From a virus (Duplodnaviria > Caudoviricetes): 64,000 nt of DNA. Both the position numbers and the translations under genes were made by a program. The notes under the pieces were generated by a model. That model was not told the DNA's origin. It searched no databases and saw only the letters and a list, made by a program, of their open reading frames with translations. The DNA lies in IMG/VR virus record IMGVR_UViG_2808606954_000002, positions 18,730-82,729 of that record; one strand, 5' to 3'. Shown here in pieces: positions 37,702 to 47,889 of this stretch; position 1 is the first letter of the stretch, and each line of letters starts with the position of its first letter.

Positions 37702-38966
37702 GTTCGAAAGCTCGTTTTTCCATCATTCCCGGCTGGATCGTGACCGATTCGCGGTTGCGCGGAAAAGATTTGCAGATCCTGTGCTTGCTGGGTCGTCATA
37801 CGGATAAAGAGGGCTGGTGCCGCCGATCACAGGTTAAAATGGCCGGTGAATTGTCCTGCGCACGGTCTACCGTGCATGACGCGCTCAATCGTCTGATTGA
37901 GATCGGCGCTGTTGAGCGGCATGTGGTGAGCGTGGATAATGGCCGCGACACCGCGCATTTTTACCGCGTGATTTATGATCGGCCCGTGTCTGATAGCTAT
38001 GCGCTAGAGGCAGACCTCACAGATGACGATTTGGAAAATTATTCCAATACCCCTGTCGATGAGGCGGCACCCCCTGCCGGTATACCGGCACCCCCTGCCG
38101 GTCCAGAACCGGCACCCCCTGCCGGTCCAGAACCGGCACCTATTAATGATCCTCTTATAACGCCCCTCTCTAAAGGAAACGGCGGGCGTGGGCGCGACGG
38201 GCAGGAAGAGAAGAATATTTCTGCTTTTGTAAGCGGGCAAGAACCGCAAACGTCGCGTCGGGCTGATCGCGAAAAGGTCGAAAGGCAATTCCAGCAATGG
38301 CTCAAGACGTGGCCTGGAGTGGGCAATCTCGATTTTGCGCGGAATGCTTGGCAGGCCTTGTCTGCCGATCAGCGTACGGCCTGCATCAATCAAACGCCTG
38401 CGTACCTCTCATGGGCTGATCGCAAGATTACAGCACCCGCCGTCTATCTCAAAAACAGGGCTTGGGAAGACATGCCAGAAGATGCGGGCGAGGCTGCGCG
38501 AACCCATGCCTTGGCGGGCTTTTGCGGCAAGCTTTGGGTGGGTCGCTGGTTTCAAGTGGTACTTTCTCCGCCTGAGGTCAGCCCGCTAACCAAAAGCGAA
38601 AGCGCCATGATTGAGCGCGGACACATGACCCGCGAAGCTGTGTTGCTTGGCAAGCGCCTCCAAAATGGCTGGCCTGAGGCTAACCGAATGCTTGATCTGG
38701 CGCGTGAATGCAAAGGTGTTTCCGTATCTTTGGCGCTCAAGCCATTTGTTGCAGATTTTCAATCTGTTGGCCGTGACACCGATCTTTTCAAAGCATGGAA
38801 GCGACTGCATGAGCGGCGCGGCTGGCCGCAAATCAAGAGGCCAATGCCGAATATCTGGCTGCCTGCGGTCGATGCAGATGCGGTTGATCTTGATGCCGCT
38901 GTTGAGGTGGCGCTGGCGAATTTTGAACAGGCAATCAGCGAGGGGCGCGAAAATGATGCAGCATAA
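37698..38966 (+). CDS. Phage replication initiator (N-terminal HTH)
   Basis: FSIIP..D..L..LLGRHTD..GWC..SQ..MA HTH; internal iteron-like repeats. Confidence 0.75.
   Translation: MSSKARFSIIPGWIVTDSRLRGKDLQILCLLGRHTDKEGWCRRSQVKMAGELSCARSTVHDALNRLIEIGAVERHVVSVDNGRDTAHFYRVIYDRPVSDSYALEADLTDDDLENYSNTPVDEAAPPAGIPAPPAGPEPAPPAGPEPAPINDPLITPLSKGNGGRGRDGQEEKNISAFVSGQEPQTSRRADREKVERQFQQWLKTWPGVGNLDFARNAWQALSADQRTACINQTPAYLSWADRKITAPAVYLKNRAWEDMPEDAGEAARTHALAGFCGKLWVGRWFQVVLSPPEVSPLTKSESAMIERGHMTREAVLLGKRLQNGWPEANRMLDLARECKGVSVSLALKPFVADFQSVGRDTDLFKAWKRLHERRGWPQIKRPMPNIWLPAVDADAVDLDAAVEVALANFEQAISEGRENDAA
38065..38140 (+). repeat. Iteron-like tandem palindromes
   Basis: (A)CCGGCA-CCCCC-TGCCGGT units starting near 38065, 38086 and 38110, plus a partial at 38134; spacing 21/24/24 bp. 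Confidence 0.85.
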
Positions 38967-39585
38967 GGATGTTTCTGGCGTAGCTATCGGCGGGCCGGTT
39001 TCGTGTGATGATTTTGAGCGCATGATTCGGCTGGATACATTGCGTTTGGGCCACAGGGATTGTGGCCTTAAGCGCCGGTGGTTTGCTGTTGCCGTTGCTT
39101 CTGGCCGGGAAAAGGCTGTGGAAAACGATTTGCAGGCATTGGGTGTTGAGGCGCTTGTGCCTTTGCGCAAGATACCAAAACGCAAGCGCGGCCCTCGTGT
39201 CTTTCCTGAGCAATGGGTGCCTGTGATACATGGCTACATCTTGGTTTGCTTGCCTGCGCAGGTCGATATTTTGGCCGGTCTTTTGGGGGTCAAAGGGGTG
39301 CGCGGGCTGGTGGGTGGCTTTGAGTTTCCAAGGCCGTTGCTGACAGAAGAGGTCAATAATTTCAAAAGGCTGGCTAAGGCGGGCGCTTATGATGCCGATG
39401 TTGTTTGCGGCTTCACGTTGGCGCGTGATGAAAAGGTTCGCGTCAAGGCGGGGCCGTTTGCTGGCATGATGGCGGTAACGGTTACGCCATCGACGCGCGG
39501 CAAGGGTGAGGTTGTGGTTTTGATTGATCTGCTGGGTGCAATGGTGCCGGTCACGCTGCCTCTTGCGCTTGTCGAAAAACTGTGA
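38953..39585 (+). CDS. NusG-family antiterminator (late-gene activator position)
   Basis: WFAVAVASGREKAV NGN domain with GYILV; KOW motif VRVKAGPFAG. Confidence 0.85.
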   Translation: MMQHKDVSGVAIGGPVSCDDFERMIRLDTLRLGHRDCGLKRRWFAVAVASGREKAVENDLQALGVEALVPLRKIPKRKRGPRVFPEQWVPVIHGYILVCLPAQVDILAGLLGVKGVRGLVGGFEFPRPLLTEEVNNFKRLAKAGAYDADVVCGFTLARDEKVRVKAGPFAGMMAVTVTPSTRGKGEVVVLIDLLGAMVPVTLPLALVEKL

Positions 39586-39749
39586 CAGTCATTTGCTCAT
39601 GGATAGCTGATGATCCTCTAGCGAACCTCACAAACGCCTGAGAATGGCGGGTAGAAATACCGAGGGCGAGTCGCGGGTCAGCTACCAGCCTTGACGGTCG
39701 CAAGCGGCGACATCGACTCAAGGTCAGTGCGTAAGCTATGCCCAAATGA

Positions 39750-39995
39750 ATGAGTGAGCAGCAAGGCGGCCAATACGGTCGCCTTTTTGCGTATTTCAGG
39801 AGCTTTCCCATGTGCCGTTGTTCTGAGCGTCGTGAAATCATCCAGCATGTTGTTGATGCGGTTGCGGATGGCGACATTCAGGCAGCGGGCAATCAGGCGG
39901 CGGCTTTCGTGCAAACCGTGCGAAGTGACGCGGCGGACGCTGCGAGGGCGTCTGCCTCTGCCGTCCGAAATGCTATCGCGAGGCTGCGCGGATGA
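39750..39995 (+). CDS. Hypothetical protein
   Basis: 81 aa; ATGA-coupled to the next gene. Confidence 0.45.
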   Translation: MSEQQGGQYGRLFAYFRSFPMCRCSERREIIQHVVDAVADGDIQAAGNQAAAFVQTVRSDAADAARASASAVRNAIARLRG

Positions 39996-40561
39996 TTGGT
40001 GTATCGATCAAAATCAGCGGCCTTGATCGCCAGATCAAATGGGTTGGCGGTCTGACGCCAAAAACCAAACTGGCAATCCGCAGCGGTATGAGCAACGGCG
40101 GCGACAAGGTTCGCACCGATGTGCGCAAAGCGCTCCAAATCGTGAGCGGTGCGACCAAATACGCCTCTGTCGTCAAGCGCAGCCAAGGCTTTTACGCGCC
40201 GTCATCTGCTCGTGGTGGTGCCTATGTCTTGCGGATTGGTCGCGGCGATGGTGACAACAAAAGCGCATTGCCGTGGCTTAAGGCGGATGAGTTTAAGGAG
40301 AGGGTCTCTAAAGCTGGGATTATTGCATCGCCATGGGCTAAACCTCGCTTGCTGAAACGCTCGTTTGCCATCAAAGGCCGGGATGATGCCGACGCATACC
40401 GCGTCCGCCTGCCTGGACAACGCAAGACGCGGCGCATCTACGGCCCCAACCTTGCAAAAGAGTTCCTGACTGACATCCCGGCATACGTGGTCACGGGCAG
40501 CATCAAGACCCGCCTTGTCCCTGAGATCGGCAAGCGCCTCGATAAGGCATGGGGCATATAG
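39992..40561 (+). CDS. Basic phage protein (possibly gpZ-like)
   Basis: 189 aa before the terminase; RIYGPNL motif. Confidence 0.45.
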   Translation: MIGVSIKISGLDRQIKWVGGLTPKTKLAIRSGMSNGGDKVRTDVRKALQIVSGATKYASVVKRSQGFYAPSSARGGAYVLRIGRGDGDNKSALPWLKADEFKERVSKAGIIASPWAKPRLLKRSFAIKGRDDADAYRVRLPGQRKTRRIYGPNLAKEFLTDIPAYVVTGSIKTRLVPEIGKRLDKAWGI

Positions 40562-40697
40562 CCCCTCCCTACCCCCACCCCCCCCCCTTTGGGTCCTTCC
40601 CCCACCCCCACCCCCCGCGATGCCGAACGCAGGCCGGGATTTTGGTAGTTGCGGGGTTTGAAAAGTCATACACGCCCATGCACACCTGTGGGCAGGG
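40562..40697 (+). other. Putative cos/packaging-initiation region
   Basis: Non-coding C-rich tract around GGGTCCTTCC (40591-40600), directly upstream of the small terminase. Confidence 0.45.
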
Positions 40698-41252
40698 ATG
40701 CACACCATGCACGGTTTGGTCAATTTGAGCCGGGCGGCTGAGTTGCTGACGGAAGCAGGGGACTCGGTTTCGCGGTCCTCGCTGTCAAGGTATGTCAAGA
40801 AATATGCGGATGCGCTGTTGCCGACTGAGGATGGCGGCAAGACATTCGTGAATTTCGAGGATCTGGCCAAGCACCGCCGCCAGAATATCCGCCTGGACCT
40901 TGGGGCGGAAGCGCCGACACAGCGGCCATCAATCAACAGCAATCGGGCCGACGAAGCGGCGCTTAACACCCGTGCGCAACGCTTGATGCGCGAAATCGAG
41001 CTTGGCAAAGAGCTGAAATTGTTGGTGCCGCGTGCTGAGGTGGAAGAGGCCGCGCGGGCGTCTGTCATGGCCATGCGCAACGCGCTGAGCATGGCGCTCA
41101 ACGACACGGCGGAAGCCATTGCCGCCACGGCTGGCGTGGATGGCCGCTTGATCCGGCCACACTTGCGGGCCTTTGAACGCAAGGCGCTGGAAACCTTTAG
41201 ACGCGACCTGACTGCTCGCCAGATGCTGGTTGAGGGAGGTGCGCCGGAGTAA
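40698..41252 (+). CDS. Terminase small subunit (Nu1-like)
   Basis: N-terminal HTH; ELGKELKLLVPRAEV motif; precedes the large subunit. Confidence 0.75.
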   Translation: MHTMHGLVNLSRAAELLTEAGDSVSRSSLSRYVKKYADALLPTEDGGKTFVNFEDLAKHRRQNIRLDLGAEAPTQRPSINSNRADEAALNTRAQRLMREIELGKELKLLVPRAEVEEAARASVMAMRNALSMALNDTAEAIAATAGVDGRLIRPHLRAFERKALETFRRDLTARQMLVEGGAPE

Positions 41253-41259
41253 TGCCGGA

Positions 41260-43452
41260 ATGGAGGCGATTACGGACATCCTCGACCATGAGGAGCTGAC
41301 CGTTGAATATCTGCGCGGCGAGATGCCCAGCCTTGCCCATGGCGGGGCGGTTTTTTGCGCGGCGGTGATCAAGGCGGCGGAACCGGAAGAGGAATTGACA
41401 GTCAGCCAATGGGCTGACCGTTACCGCAAAGTCTCGGCGGAATCGGGATCGCCTTTCCCCGGCGATTGGAGCACAGATCGTGTGCCATACTTGCGCGAAC
41501 CGCTTGATTGTCTGCATGAGGACCATCCAGCGCGCCGAGTAACCCTGAAATTCTCCGCTCAAACCGGAAAATCAGAAGTTGGCGTGTGCTGGTTTGGCTA
41601 TATCGTCGATAGAGCGCCCGCGCCGATCCTCACGATCCTGCCGACGCTGGATGAAGCGGTGAAATACAACCGCGTCAAGCTCCAGCCTACCATTGACGCA
41701 AGCCCGAAAATTCGCCACCGCGTGAAGGCGGAAAACAGCCGCGACGAAGGGGCCTCTACCTCGTCTTTCAAGCGGTTTTCGAACGGATTTAACCAGATCA
41801 CCACGGCAACCTCCTCAAAAGGTTTGCAGATGATCTCGGTCAAATATCTCATCATGGATGAGGTGTCGGGTTATCCGGCTGACACCGATGGGCGTGGATC
41901 GCCGGTCGATCAGGCGCGGGCGCGTCAAAAGGCATTTGGTGAAAATTCGAAAGAATTGGTGGTTTCGACCCCCGGCGAGGTCGGCACCTGTCGTATCTCT
42001 TTGGAATATGATGCAGGCGATCAGCGGCGGCTCTACATGCCATGTTCGCAATGCGGCACATTCCAGCAATGGCCGTTTGAAAAGATGCGCGGGCCTGCGG
42101 CTGGTTCCAGCCGCCCACATTTTGTGTGTGATAATGGCTGTGTGGTTGAGCAAATCGACCGTGAGGCCATGTTGGCCGCACATCGCTGGGTGCCAACATG
42201 GGTTGAGGAGGGTGGAGAGCCTGTCCCGCAACTTATCGCGCCGGAAGACATCGACCATTGGGCTATCCCGCCTTGCACTGGGCGGGTGCGAGATAAGCAA
42301 CCAAGTTGGGCGCATTGGGCGGCATGGTCACCGTTTGAACCATGGGCGGCCATCTGGCAGCGCAGTGTTGAAGCGTTTGGCGATCCGGCAAAGCTCAAGG
42401 TTTTCACCCAGCAGGATCTTGGTGAGGCCTATGAGGCCAAAAGCGACACGCCGGATTGGGAAAAGCTGCTGGCCTGCCGCACCAATTACAAACGTGGTGT
42501 GGTGCCTTATCCCGCCTGCGTCCTGTATGGCTTCTTTGACGTGCAGGGCAACCGTTTCGAGTGGGGGCTTTACGCATTCGGGCCGGGCTTTCAGGCTTGG
42601 CCTGTAGATCGCGGCGTGATCAGCCACGATTACACCAGTGATGAGGCGTGGGAGGCCATTGATGCGATCACCTCGCGCACATGGCCCACGGAAAACGGCA
42701 ATGAGTTGGTCGTCAAACAATGGGGCATGGACACCGGCGCATACACGCAAACGCTCTATGACCGTGTTTCACGCCGGTCGCAATTGCTGGCTTGCAAGGG
42801 TGAAAAAAACAAGCAAGCCGCCCCACTGAAGCTGACCCGCGCCGATCTCAAGGATGAGCGCGGCAATGTGATTGCAGGGCGGCGTATCAATCTGGCTTTG
42901 ATCGGCAACTTTGATCTGAAATTTGCAGTCTATGACGGGTTGCGAAGCCTTGTTGAAGGTCAAAAACCTGACGGAACTTGGAAAAATAACACGCTCCACC
43001 TGCCTGAATGGTTTGGCGAGGATGAGCTGAAACAGCTCACGGCGGAAGTGCTGGTAGATACCCGCACGGAAACCAACCGCAACGGCAAACGCGCGGCGTT
43101 GATCCGCCCCGGCGATGCCCGCGAATGGCGCAAGCGGTTTGGCTGGGCAAACGAAGGGCTTGATATTGCCGTTGGCTGCCGGGCTTTGGCCTGGGGCGAT
43201 GGCGCGGGCCAGATCGACACTGCCCGCTGGCTGGAGCTGGTCGGGCAGGCCCATGGACTACAAGCAAAACAGTCCGCACAGATGGACCTTTTTGCCAAGA
43301 AACCACTGCCACAACAGGCCGATGAGGCCAAACAGGCGGCGCAAGCGCAACAACCACCACAGCCCGAACGCCTGCCGTTCCGGCCTGCCTCGGCAGGCCC
43401 AACCGCAGGGGGTGGCTTTGTGCCACGCCGTACAGGCTGGCTGCAACGATAG
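41260..43452 (+). CDS. Terminase large subunit (lambda gpA family)
   Basis: SQWADRYR, PYLREP, SAQTGKSE, MDEVSGYP, VSTP and DVQGNRFE motifs. Confidence 0.93.
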   Translation: MEAITDILDHEELTVEYLRGEMPSLAHGGAVFCAAVIKAAEPEEELTVSQWADRYRKVSAESGSPFPGDWSTDRVPYLREPLDCLHEDHPARRVTLKFSAQTGKSEVGVCWFGYIVDRAPAPILTILPTLDEAVKYNRVKLQPTIDASPKIRHRVKAENSRDEGASTSSFKRFSNGFNQITTATSSKGLQMISVKYLIMDEVSGYPADTDGRGSPVDQARARQKAFGENSKELVVSTPGEVGTCRISLEYDAGDQRRLYMPCSQCGTFQQWPFEKMRGPAAGSSRPHFVCDNGCVVEQIDREAMLAAHRWVPTWVEEGGEPVPQLIAPEDIDHWAIPPCTGRVRDKQPSWAHWAAWSPFEPWAAIWQRSVEAFGDPAKLKVFTQQDLGEAYEAKSDTPDWEKLLACRTNYKRGVVPYPACVLYGFFDVQGNRFEWGLYAFGPGFQAWPVDRGVISHDYTSDEAWEAIDAITSRTWPTENGNELVVKQWGMDTGAYTQTLYDRVSRRSQLLACKGEKNKQAAPLKLTRADLKDERGNVIAGRRINLALIGNFDLKFAVYDGLRSLVEGQKPDGTWKNNTLHLPEWFGEDELKQLTAEVLVDTRTETNRNGKRAALIRPGDAREWRKRFGWANEGLDIAVGCRALAWGDGAGQIDTARWLELVGQAHGLQAKQSAQMDLFAKKPLPQQADEAKQAAQAQQPPQPERLPFRPASAGPTAGGGFVPRRTGWLQR

Positions 43453-43461
43453 GAGATTGCT

Positions 43462-43713
43462 ATGGCTTGGACACAAGTTGATCTCGATGCGCTCGACAAG
43501 GCGCTTGCCATGGGTGCGCGGGTGGTTGACCACCCCACAAACGGCAAGGTCGAGTATCGGTCGCTTAACGAGATGATCAAGCTCCGCGAAATGATCTCGC
43601 AAAGCTTGCGGGGTGTGACTGATACGCTTGCCGATAATCGTGTCGTTTCGGGTATGAATTGCGGGTTCACACGCTCTTACAGCCTGTGTTCTAACGGGCG
43701 GCTGGTGCGCTAA
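43462..43713 (+). CDS. gpW-like head completion protein
   Basis: DLDALDKALA.G...VEYRSLNEM motif. Confidence 0.8.
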   Translation: MAWTQVDLDALDKALAMGARVVDHPTNGKVEYRSLNEMIKLREMISQSLRGVTDTLADNRVVSGMNCGFTRSYSLCSNGRLVR

Positions 43714-45290
43714 TGGTGTCCGCTCTTCTCCGTGCCGTTGCCCCGCGATTTGCGCTAAAGCGTGAGATCGCGCGGCAACAGCTGGACCAATTGTCCAGAC
43801 AAAAAAAGCGGCGCGACGGTTTTGACCCACGGGCTGGCTATGATGGTGCAACGCGCGGCCATCGCACGGCGGGCCGGTTGATTGGTTCCACCTCGGCAGA
43901 TCGCGAAATCTGGACTTCGCTTTCCAGACTGCGCGATGTGCATCGTGAGCAGGTGCGCAACAACCCTTATGCCGGTCGTGCTGTTCAAGTCATCGCCTCC
44001 AATGTTGTTGGAGGCGGTGTCACCATGGCCGTGAAACATAAAACCAAAAACAGGCAAGCGGTGCTTGAGGATTTGCTCAAGCGGCACATGCTCACCACCA
44101 AAATCGATTTTGCGGGCCGTCATAATCTCTATGGTCTGCAAAATCTGGTGGTGCGCACGGTAGTAGAATCCGGCGAGTGCCTGGTGGTGCGCAGACGCGC
44201 AAAGGCGTCTCGGAAATTGCCCTTGGCCTTTCAGGTCGAGGTGTTGGAGCCAGATTATCTGGTGTCCTACGCGAACGAAGGCGTAGGGGTTGCCAATGTG
44301 GCCGCTGGCAACACGGTTATTCAGGGTATCGAATATGATGCGGATGGCCAGCGGGTTGCCTATCACCTTTATAAGCACCACCCCGGCAGTCTTTATCGGC
44401 TGTTTGGTGCCGGAACGGTTCGGGTGCCTGCTGAGGATGTAATTCACGTCTATCGGCAGGACAGACCCGGCCAATCGCGCGGGGTGCCGTGGGGTGCCCC
44501 GGTCATTATGACCCTGTGGGATTTGGCCGATTATGAAGATGCCGAATTGATGCGGCAGAAAATCGCGGCCTGTTTCGCGGTGTTCTGGATTGACAGCAAC
44601 GGCACATTGAAACTCGGCTCGGATGGAAAGCCGGAAGCGCCTGAATATAACGCGGATATGTTAGAACCGGGCATGCAGCAACGTCTGCCGCCCGGCACGG
44701 ATGTGAAATTTTCGACCCCGCCCACCACGGCTGGTTATCCCGATTATCTGCGCTCGATGATCCGCAAAATCGCCATCGGTTACGGTGTGCCATACGAGGC
44801 CCTTGCCGGTGATCTCTCGCAGGTCAACTTTTCCAGCGGTCGCATGGGCTGGCTGGAGTTTCAGCGCACTATTACCCACTGGCAAAGCCAGATGCTCATT
44901 CCGCATTTTTGTGAGCGGGTGGCGGAATGGTTTCTGGATGCGGCCGATCTGGTTTCACCGGGGATTTCCGGTGGTGCCAGTGTGAGCCATACCGAACCGC
45001 GCCGGGAAATGATTGATCCGGCCAAGGAAATTCCCGGCATTCGTGACGCGATCCGGGCGGGCCTTATGTCCAGATCCTCGGCACTGCGGGAAATGGGCGA
45101 AAACCCGGAAGAAGTGGATGCGGAAATGGCCGCAGACAACGAGCGGGCTGATCGCCTCGGCCTGATCTATGACAGCGACGGGCGCAAGCCGATGAATGGC
45201 GGACAGCCAGCCCCGGCCAATGACGACACACCGCCCGACAAACAAAAGGACAGCAGCAATGCCGGAAAAAACAAGCCTGATAACGGCTGA
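43713..45290 (+). CDS. Portal protein (lambda family)
   Basis: RNNPYA, RPGQSRGVPW, GVPYEAL.GD.SQVNFSSGR and IDPAKE motifs. Confidence 0.93.
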   Translation: MVSALLRAVAPRFALKREIARQQLDQLSRQKKRRDGFDPRAGYDGATRGHRTAGRLIGSTSADREIWTSLSRLRDVHREQVRNNPYAGRAVQVIASNVVGGGVTMAVKHKTKNRQAVLEDLLKRHMLTTKIDFAGRHNLYGLQNLVVRTVVESGECLVVRRRAKASRKLPLAFQVEVLEPDYLVSYANEGVGVANVAAGNTVIQGIEYDADGQRVAYHLYKHHPGSLYRLFGAGTVRVPAEDVIHVYRQDRPGQSRGVPWGAPVIMTLWDLADYEDAELMRQKIAACFAVFWIDSNGTLKLGSDGKPEAPEYNADMLEPGMQQRLPPGTDVKFSTPPTTAGYPDYLRSMIRKIAIGYGVPYEALAGDLSQVNFSSGRMGWLEFQRTITHWQSQMLIPHFCERVAEWFLDAADLVSPGISGGASVSHTEPRREMIDPAKEIPGIRDAIRAGLMSRSSALREMGENPEEVDAEMAADNERADRLGLIYDSDGRKPMNGGQPAPANDDTPPDKQKDSSNAGKNKPDNG

Positions 45291-47262
45291 TAGCATCGTG
45301 CTTTATGGCGATGTGGGCGATCCTTATGGCTGGGGTGATGGTTTTACCCCGGCGCAAGTGCTGGAATCGCTGGCACAAAAAGGCCCCGGCCCTCTCGCTG
45401 TCCGCATCAATTCAGGCGGCGGTGTGGCCTTTGATGGCATGGCAATTTACAGCCTGCTGAAAGCCCATGACGGCGATGTGACCATTTATGTCGATGGTAT
45501 CGCCGCCTCTGCCGCCTCGCTGATTGCCATGGGCGGTAAGCTGATGATGCGCAGCGGCTCCATGCTGATGATCCATGATGCATGGGGCTTTTCGCGCGGG
45601 AACGCCGATGAAATGAAGGAAACGGCGGATATCCTCGACAAGCTCTCCGACAATTACGCCAATGTCTACGCCAAAAAGAGCGGCAAGACGGTGGCGGAAT
45701 GCCGCGAGATCATGAAGGCCGAAACATGGCTTTCGGCAGAAGATGCTGTGGCCATGGGCTTTGCCGATGGCATCATTGATGATGATGAGGCCAAGCCCGC
45801 CGCCCTGTTTGATTACAGCCAGTATGCCCGCGCGCCAGAGGCGTTTGCAGCCCGTGTGCGCAAGCCGCCAGCGCGGGAACCGGCACCACAAACACCAACA
45901 CCACCCAGCCAAGCAAAGGTTGCAGATATGCCGACTTCAAACCCTGTCACTCCTCCAGCTCCTCACGCATCCAATCCCGCACCCCAGCCAGCCGCCAAGG
46001 CTTGGGCCATTGAATTTTACACCTTGGCCGCCTCCAAGGGCCTGACCTTGGCCGATGCAAACACCATCGTGATCAATGCGGCTGATATTGGTAGCGCCAA
46101 AGATGCACTGATTGATGCGCTGGCCTCTCGCCAGTCCGGCAATTTGCCGGAAATGGGCCATCGTTCACCAGCCCATATCACGGCGGATTCGCGCGATAAA
46201 TTCCGGGCGGGTGTAACAGAGATGTTCCTTGGCTATGCTGGCATTGGCAAAGTCGATACCAAATCCGAATTTATGGGCATGAAGCCCATGGACCTGATCC
46301 GCGAATGTGCCATGAATGCGGGTATCCGCCCTTCGACCCGCGACCCGATGAAGCTGGTGGCGGCGGTGATGACCAATTCCAGCAGCGATTTTGGCAATAT
46401 CACACTGAATATTGCCGAAAAATCGATGCTGAAAGGCTATGAAGAGGCCCCCGAAACCTTTGACAAATGGACAGGCGTTGCCAGCCTGCCAGATTTCAAA
46501 CTGGCAAAGTCCATTGACCTCAACACGCTGCCCGAATTGCCAGCCCTGCCCGAACAGGCAGAATACAAATATCTGACCACCGGCGACCGTGGCGAATACT
46601 ATCAGGTTGCGACGGCTGGCGGTTTGTTTGCAGTGTCGCGGCAGGCCATCATCAATGATGATCTGGATGTGTTCACCAAACTGCCGCGCCGCCTTGGCCG
46701 GTCTGCAAAGCGCACAATCGGCAATTCGGTCGCAGGTGTGCTGGCCAGCAACCCGATCATGAGCGACGACAACCCGCTGTTTTCTGCGGTCCATGCCAAT
46801 GCGTTCACGGGCGCGGGGTCTGCTTTGAACACAGCTGGATTGCAGGCTGCTTGGCAGGCCATGGCGTTGCAAAAAGACCGCTCGGTTTCCACCAATATCC
46901 TCAATATCCGGCCAAAATACCTTTTGGTTCCGGTTGCTTTGAAAATGACTGCCTTGCAGCTGATCAAGTCGAGCGCAGCACTTGGGCAGAATAACGCGGG
47001 CGTCATCAACGCAGTCCAGAATCTGGTTGAGGAAATCATTGATGAGCCACGCCTCGATGCCATCAGCTCAACCGGCTGGTATCTCGCGGCAGATCAGCAC
47101 TCCACCGACACGGTAACGGTTGCGTATCTGAATGGCGTCACTGAGCCGGTGATTGAAGAGTTTACCGAACCCCGCGCCGATGGCCTGACCTGGAAGGTGC
47201 GGATTGATTACGGCGTCTCGGCCATGGGCTGGGAAGGTTTGAACAAATCGGCAGGCGCATAA
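45259..47262 (+). CDS. Clp-type prohead protease fused to major capsid protein
   Basis: INSGGG, DGIAASAAS, MIHDAW and ETWLSAEDA, followed by a capsid-like domain (SSSDF, P.YLLVP, KVRIDYG). Confidence 0.88.
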   Translation: MPEKTSLITADSIVLYGDVGDPYGWGDGFTPAQVLESLAQKGPGPLAVRINSGGGVAFDGMAIYSLLKAHDGDVTIYVDGIAASAASLIAMGGKLMMRSGSMLMIHDAWGFSRGNADEMKETADILDKLSDNYANVYAKKSGKTVAECREIMKAETWLSAEDAVAMGFADGIIDDDEAKPAALFDYSQYARAPEAFAARVRKPPAREPAPQTPTPPSQAKVADMPTSNPVTPPAPHASNPAPQPAAKAWAIEFYTLAASKGLTLADANTIVINAADIGSAKDALIDALASRQSGNLPEMGHRSPAHITADSRDKFRAGVTEMFLGYAGIGKVDTKSEFMGMKPMDLIRECAMNAGIRPSTRDPMKLVAAVMTNSSSDFGNITLNIAEKSMLKGYEEAPETFDKWTGVASLPDFKLAKSIDLNTLPELPALPEQAEYKYLTTGDRGEYYQVATAGGLFAVSRQAIINDDLDVFTKLPRRLGRSAKRTIGNSVAGVLASNPIMSDDNPLFSAVHANAFTGAGSALNTAGLQAAWQAMALQKDRSVSTNILNIRPKYLLVPVALKMTALQLIKSSAALGQNNAGVINAVQNLVEEIIDEPRLDAISSTGWYLAADQHSTDTVTVAYLNGVTEPVIEEFTEPRADGLTWKVRIDYGVSAMGWEGLNKSAGA

Positions 47263-47303
47263 GCGCCCGCCTCTGCTCCTCAAATCCTATACGGAGATTT
47301 AAG

Positions 47304-47654
47304 ATGAAAAATTACAGGCAGGAAGGCACCGTCGTGCCAATGACCGTCCCTGTGGGCGGCGTGGTGTCTGGGGTGCCGGTGGTGGTTGGCGATGTGGTGG
47401 TGATCCCGATGGCAACCGTCGCTTATGATGCCAGCCGCGTCCAGAAATTTCAGGCGTTGTTGGGTGGCGCGGTTGATCTGGCCAAGGCAACGGGCACGGC
47501 GATTGCTGAAGGTGCGGCGGTGTATTGGGATGCCACCAATAAGGTGGCGACAACCACGGTTGGGTCAAACAAAAAGATCGGTGCGGCCATTGATGGTGGT
47601 GCAACGGCGGCGGCAACCACTGTGCCAGTGCGTTTCTACTTCCAGAACGCTTAA
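47304..47654 (+). CDS. DUF2190 capsid cement protein
   Basis: MKNYRQEG and GAAVYWD motifs. Confidence 0.8.
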   Translation: MKNYRQEGTVVPMTVPVGGVVSGVPVVVGDVVVIPMATVAYDASRVQKFQALLGGAVDLAKATGTAIAEGAAVYWDATNKVATTTVGSNKKIGAAIDGGATAAATTVPVRFYFQNA

Positions 47655-47667
47655 GGGGGATTTGATT

Positions 47668-47889
47668 ATGGACGTCAAAATTACACGCCATCCCAGCTAC
47701 GCCACTCTTGATGTGCGCTTGCCGGATGGGTCGCCACTGCCTGCCAAGGGCGCGGTCGTTGATATTTCCGAGAAGCCTTATTGCGATCTTGTGTCGCGTG
47801 GGCTGGTTGTTGTGGATGCCGAATCTCTGGCGGCGGCAACCAAGGCGGCGGATGCTGCTGGGGATGGTGCTAACGGTGGCGCAAGCTAA
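47668..47889 (+). CDS. Small head-region hypothetical protein
   Basis: ATG 47668 with GGGGGA SD; stop overlaps the next start. Confidence 0.5.
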   Translation: MDVKITRHPSYATLDVRLPDGSPLPAKGAVVDISEKPYCDLVSRGLVVVDAESLAAATKAADAAGDGANGGAS

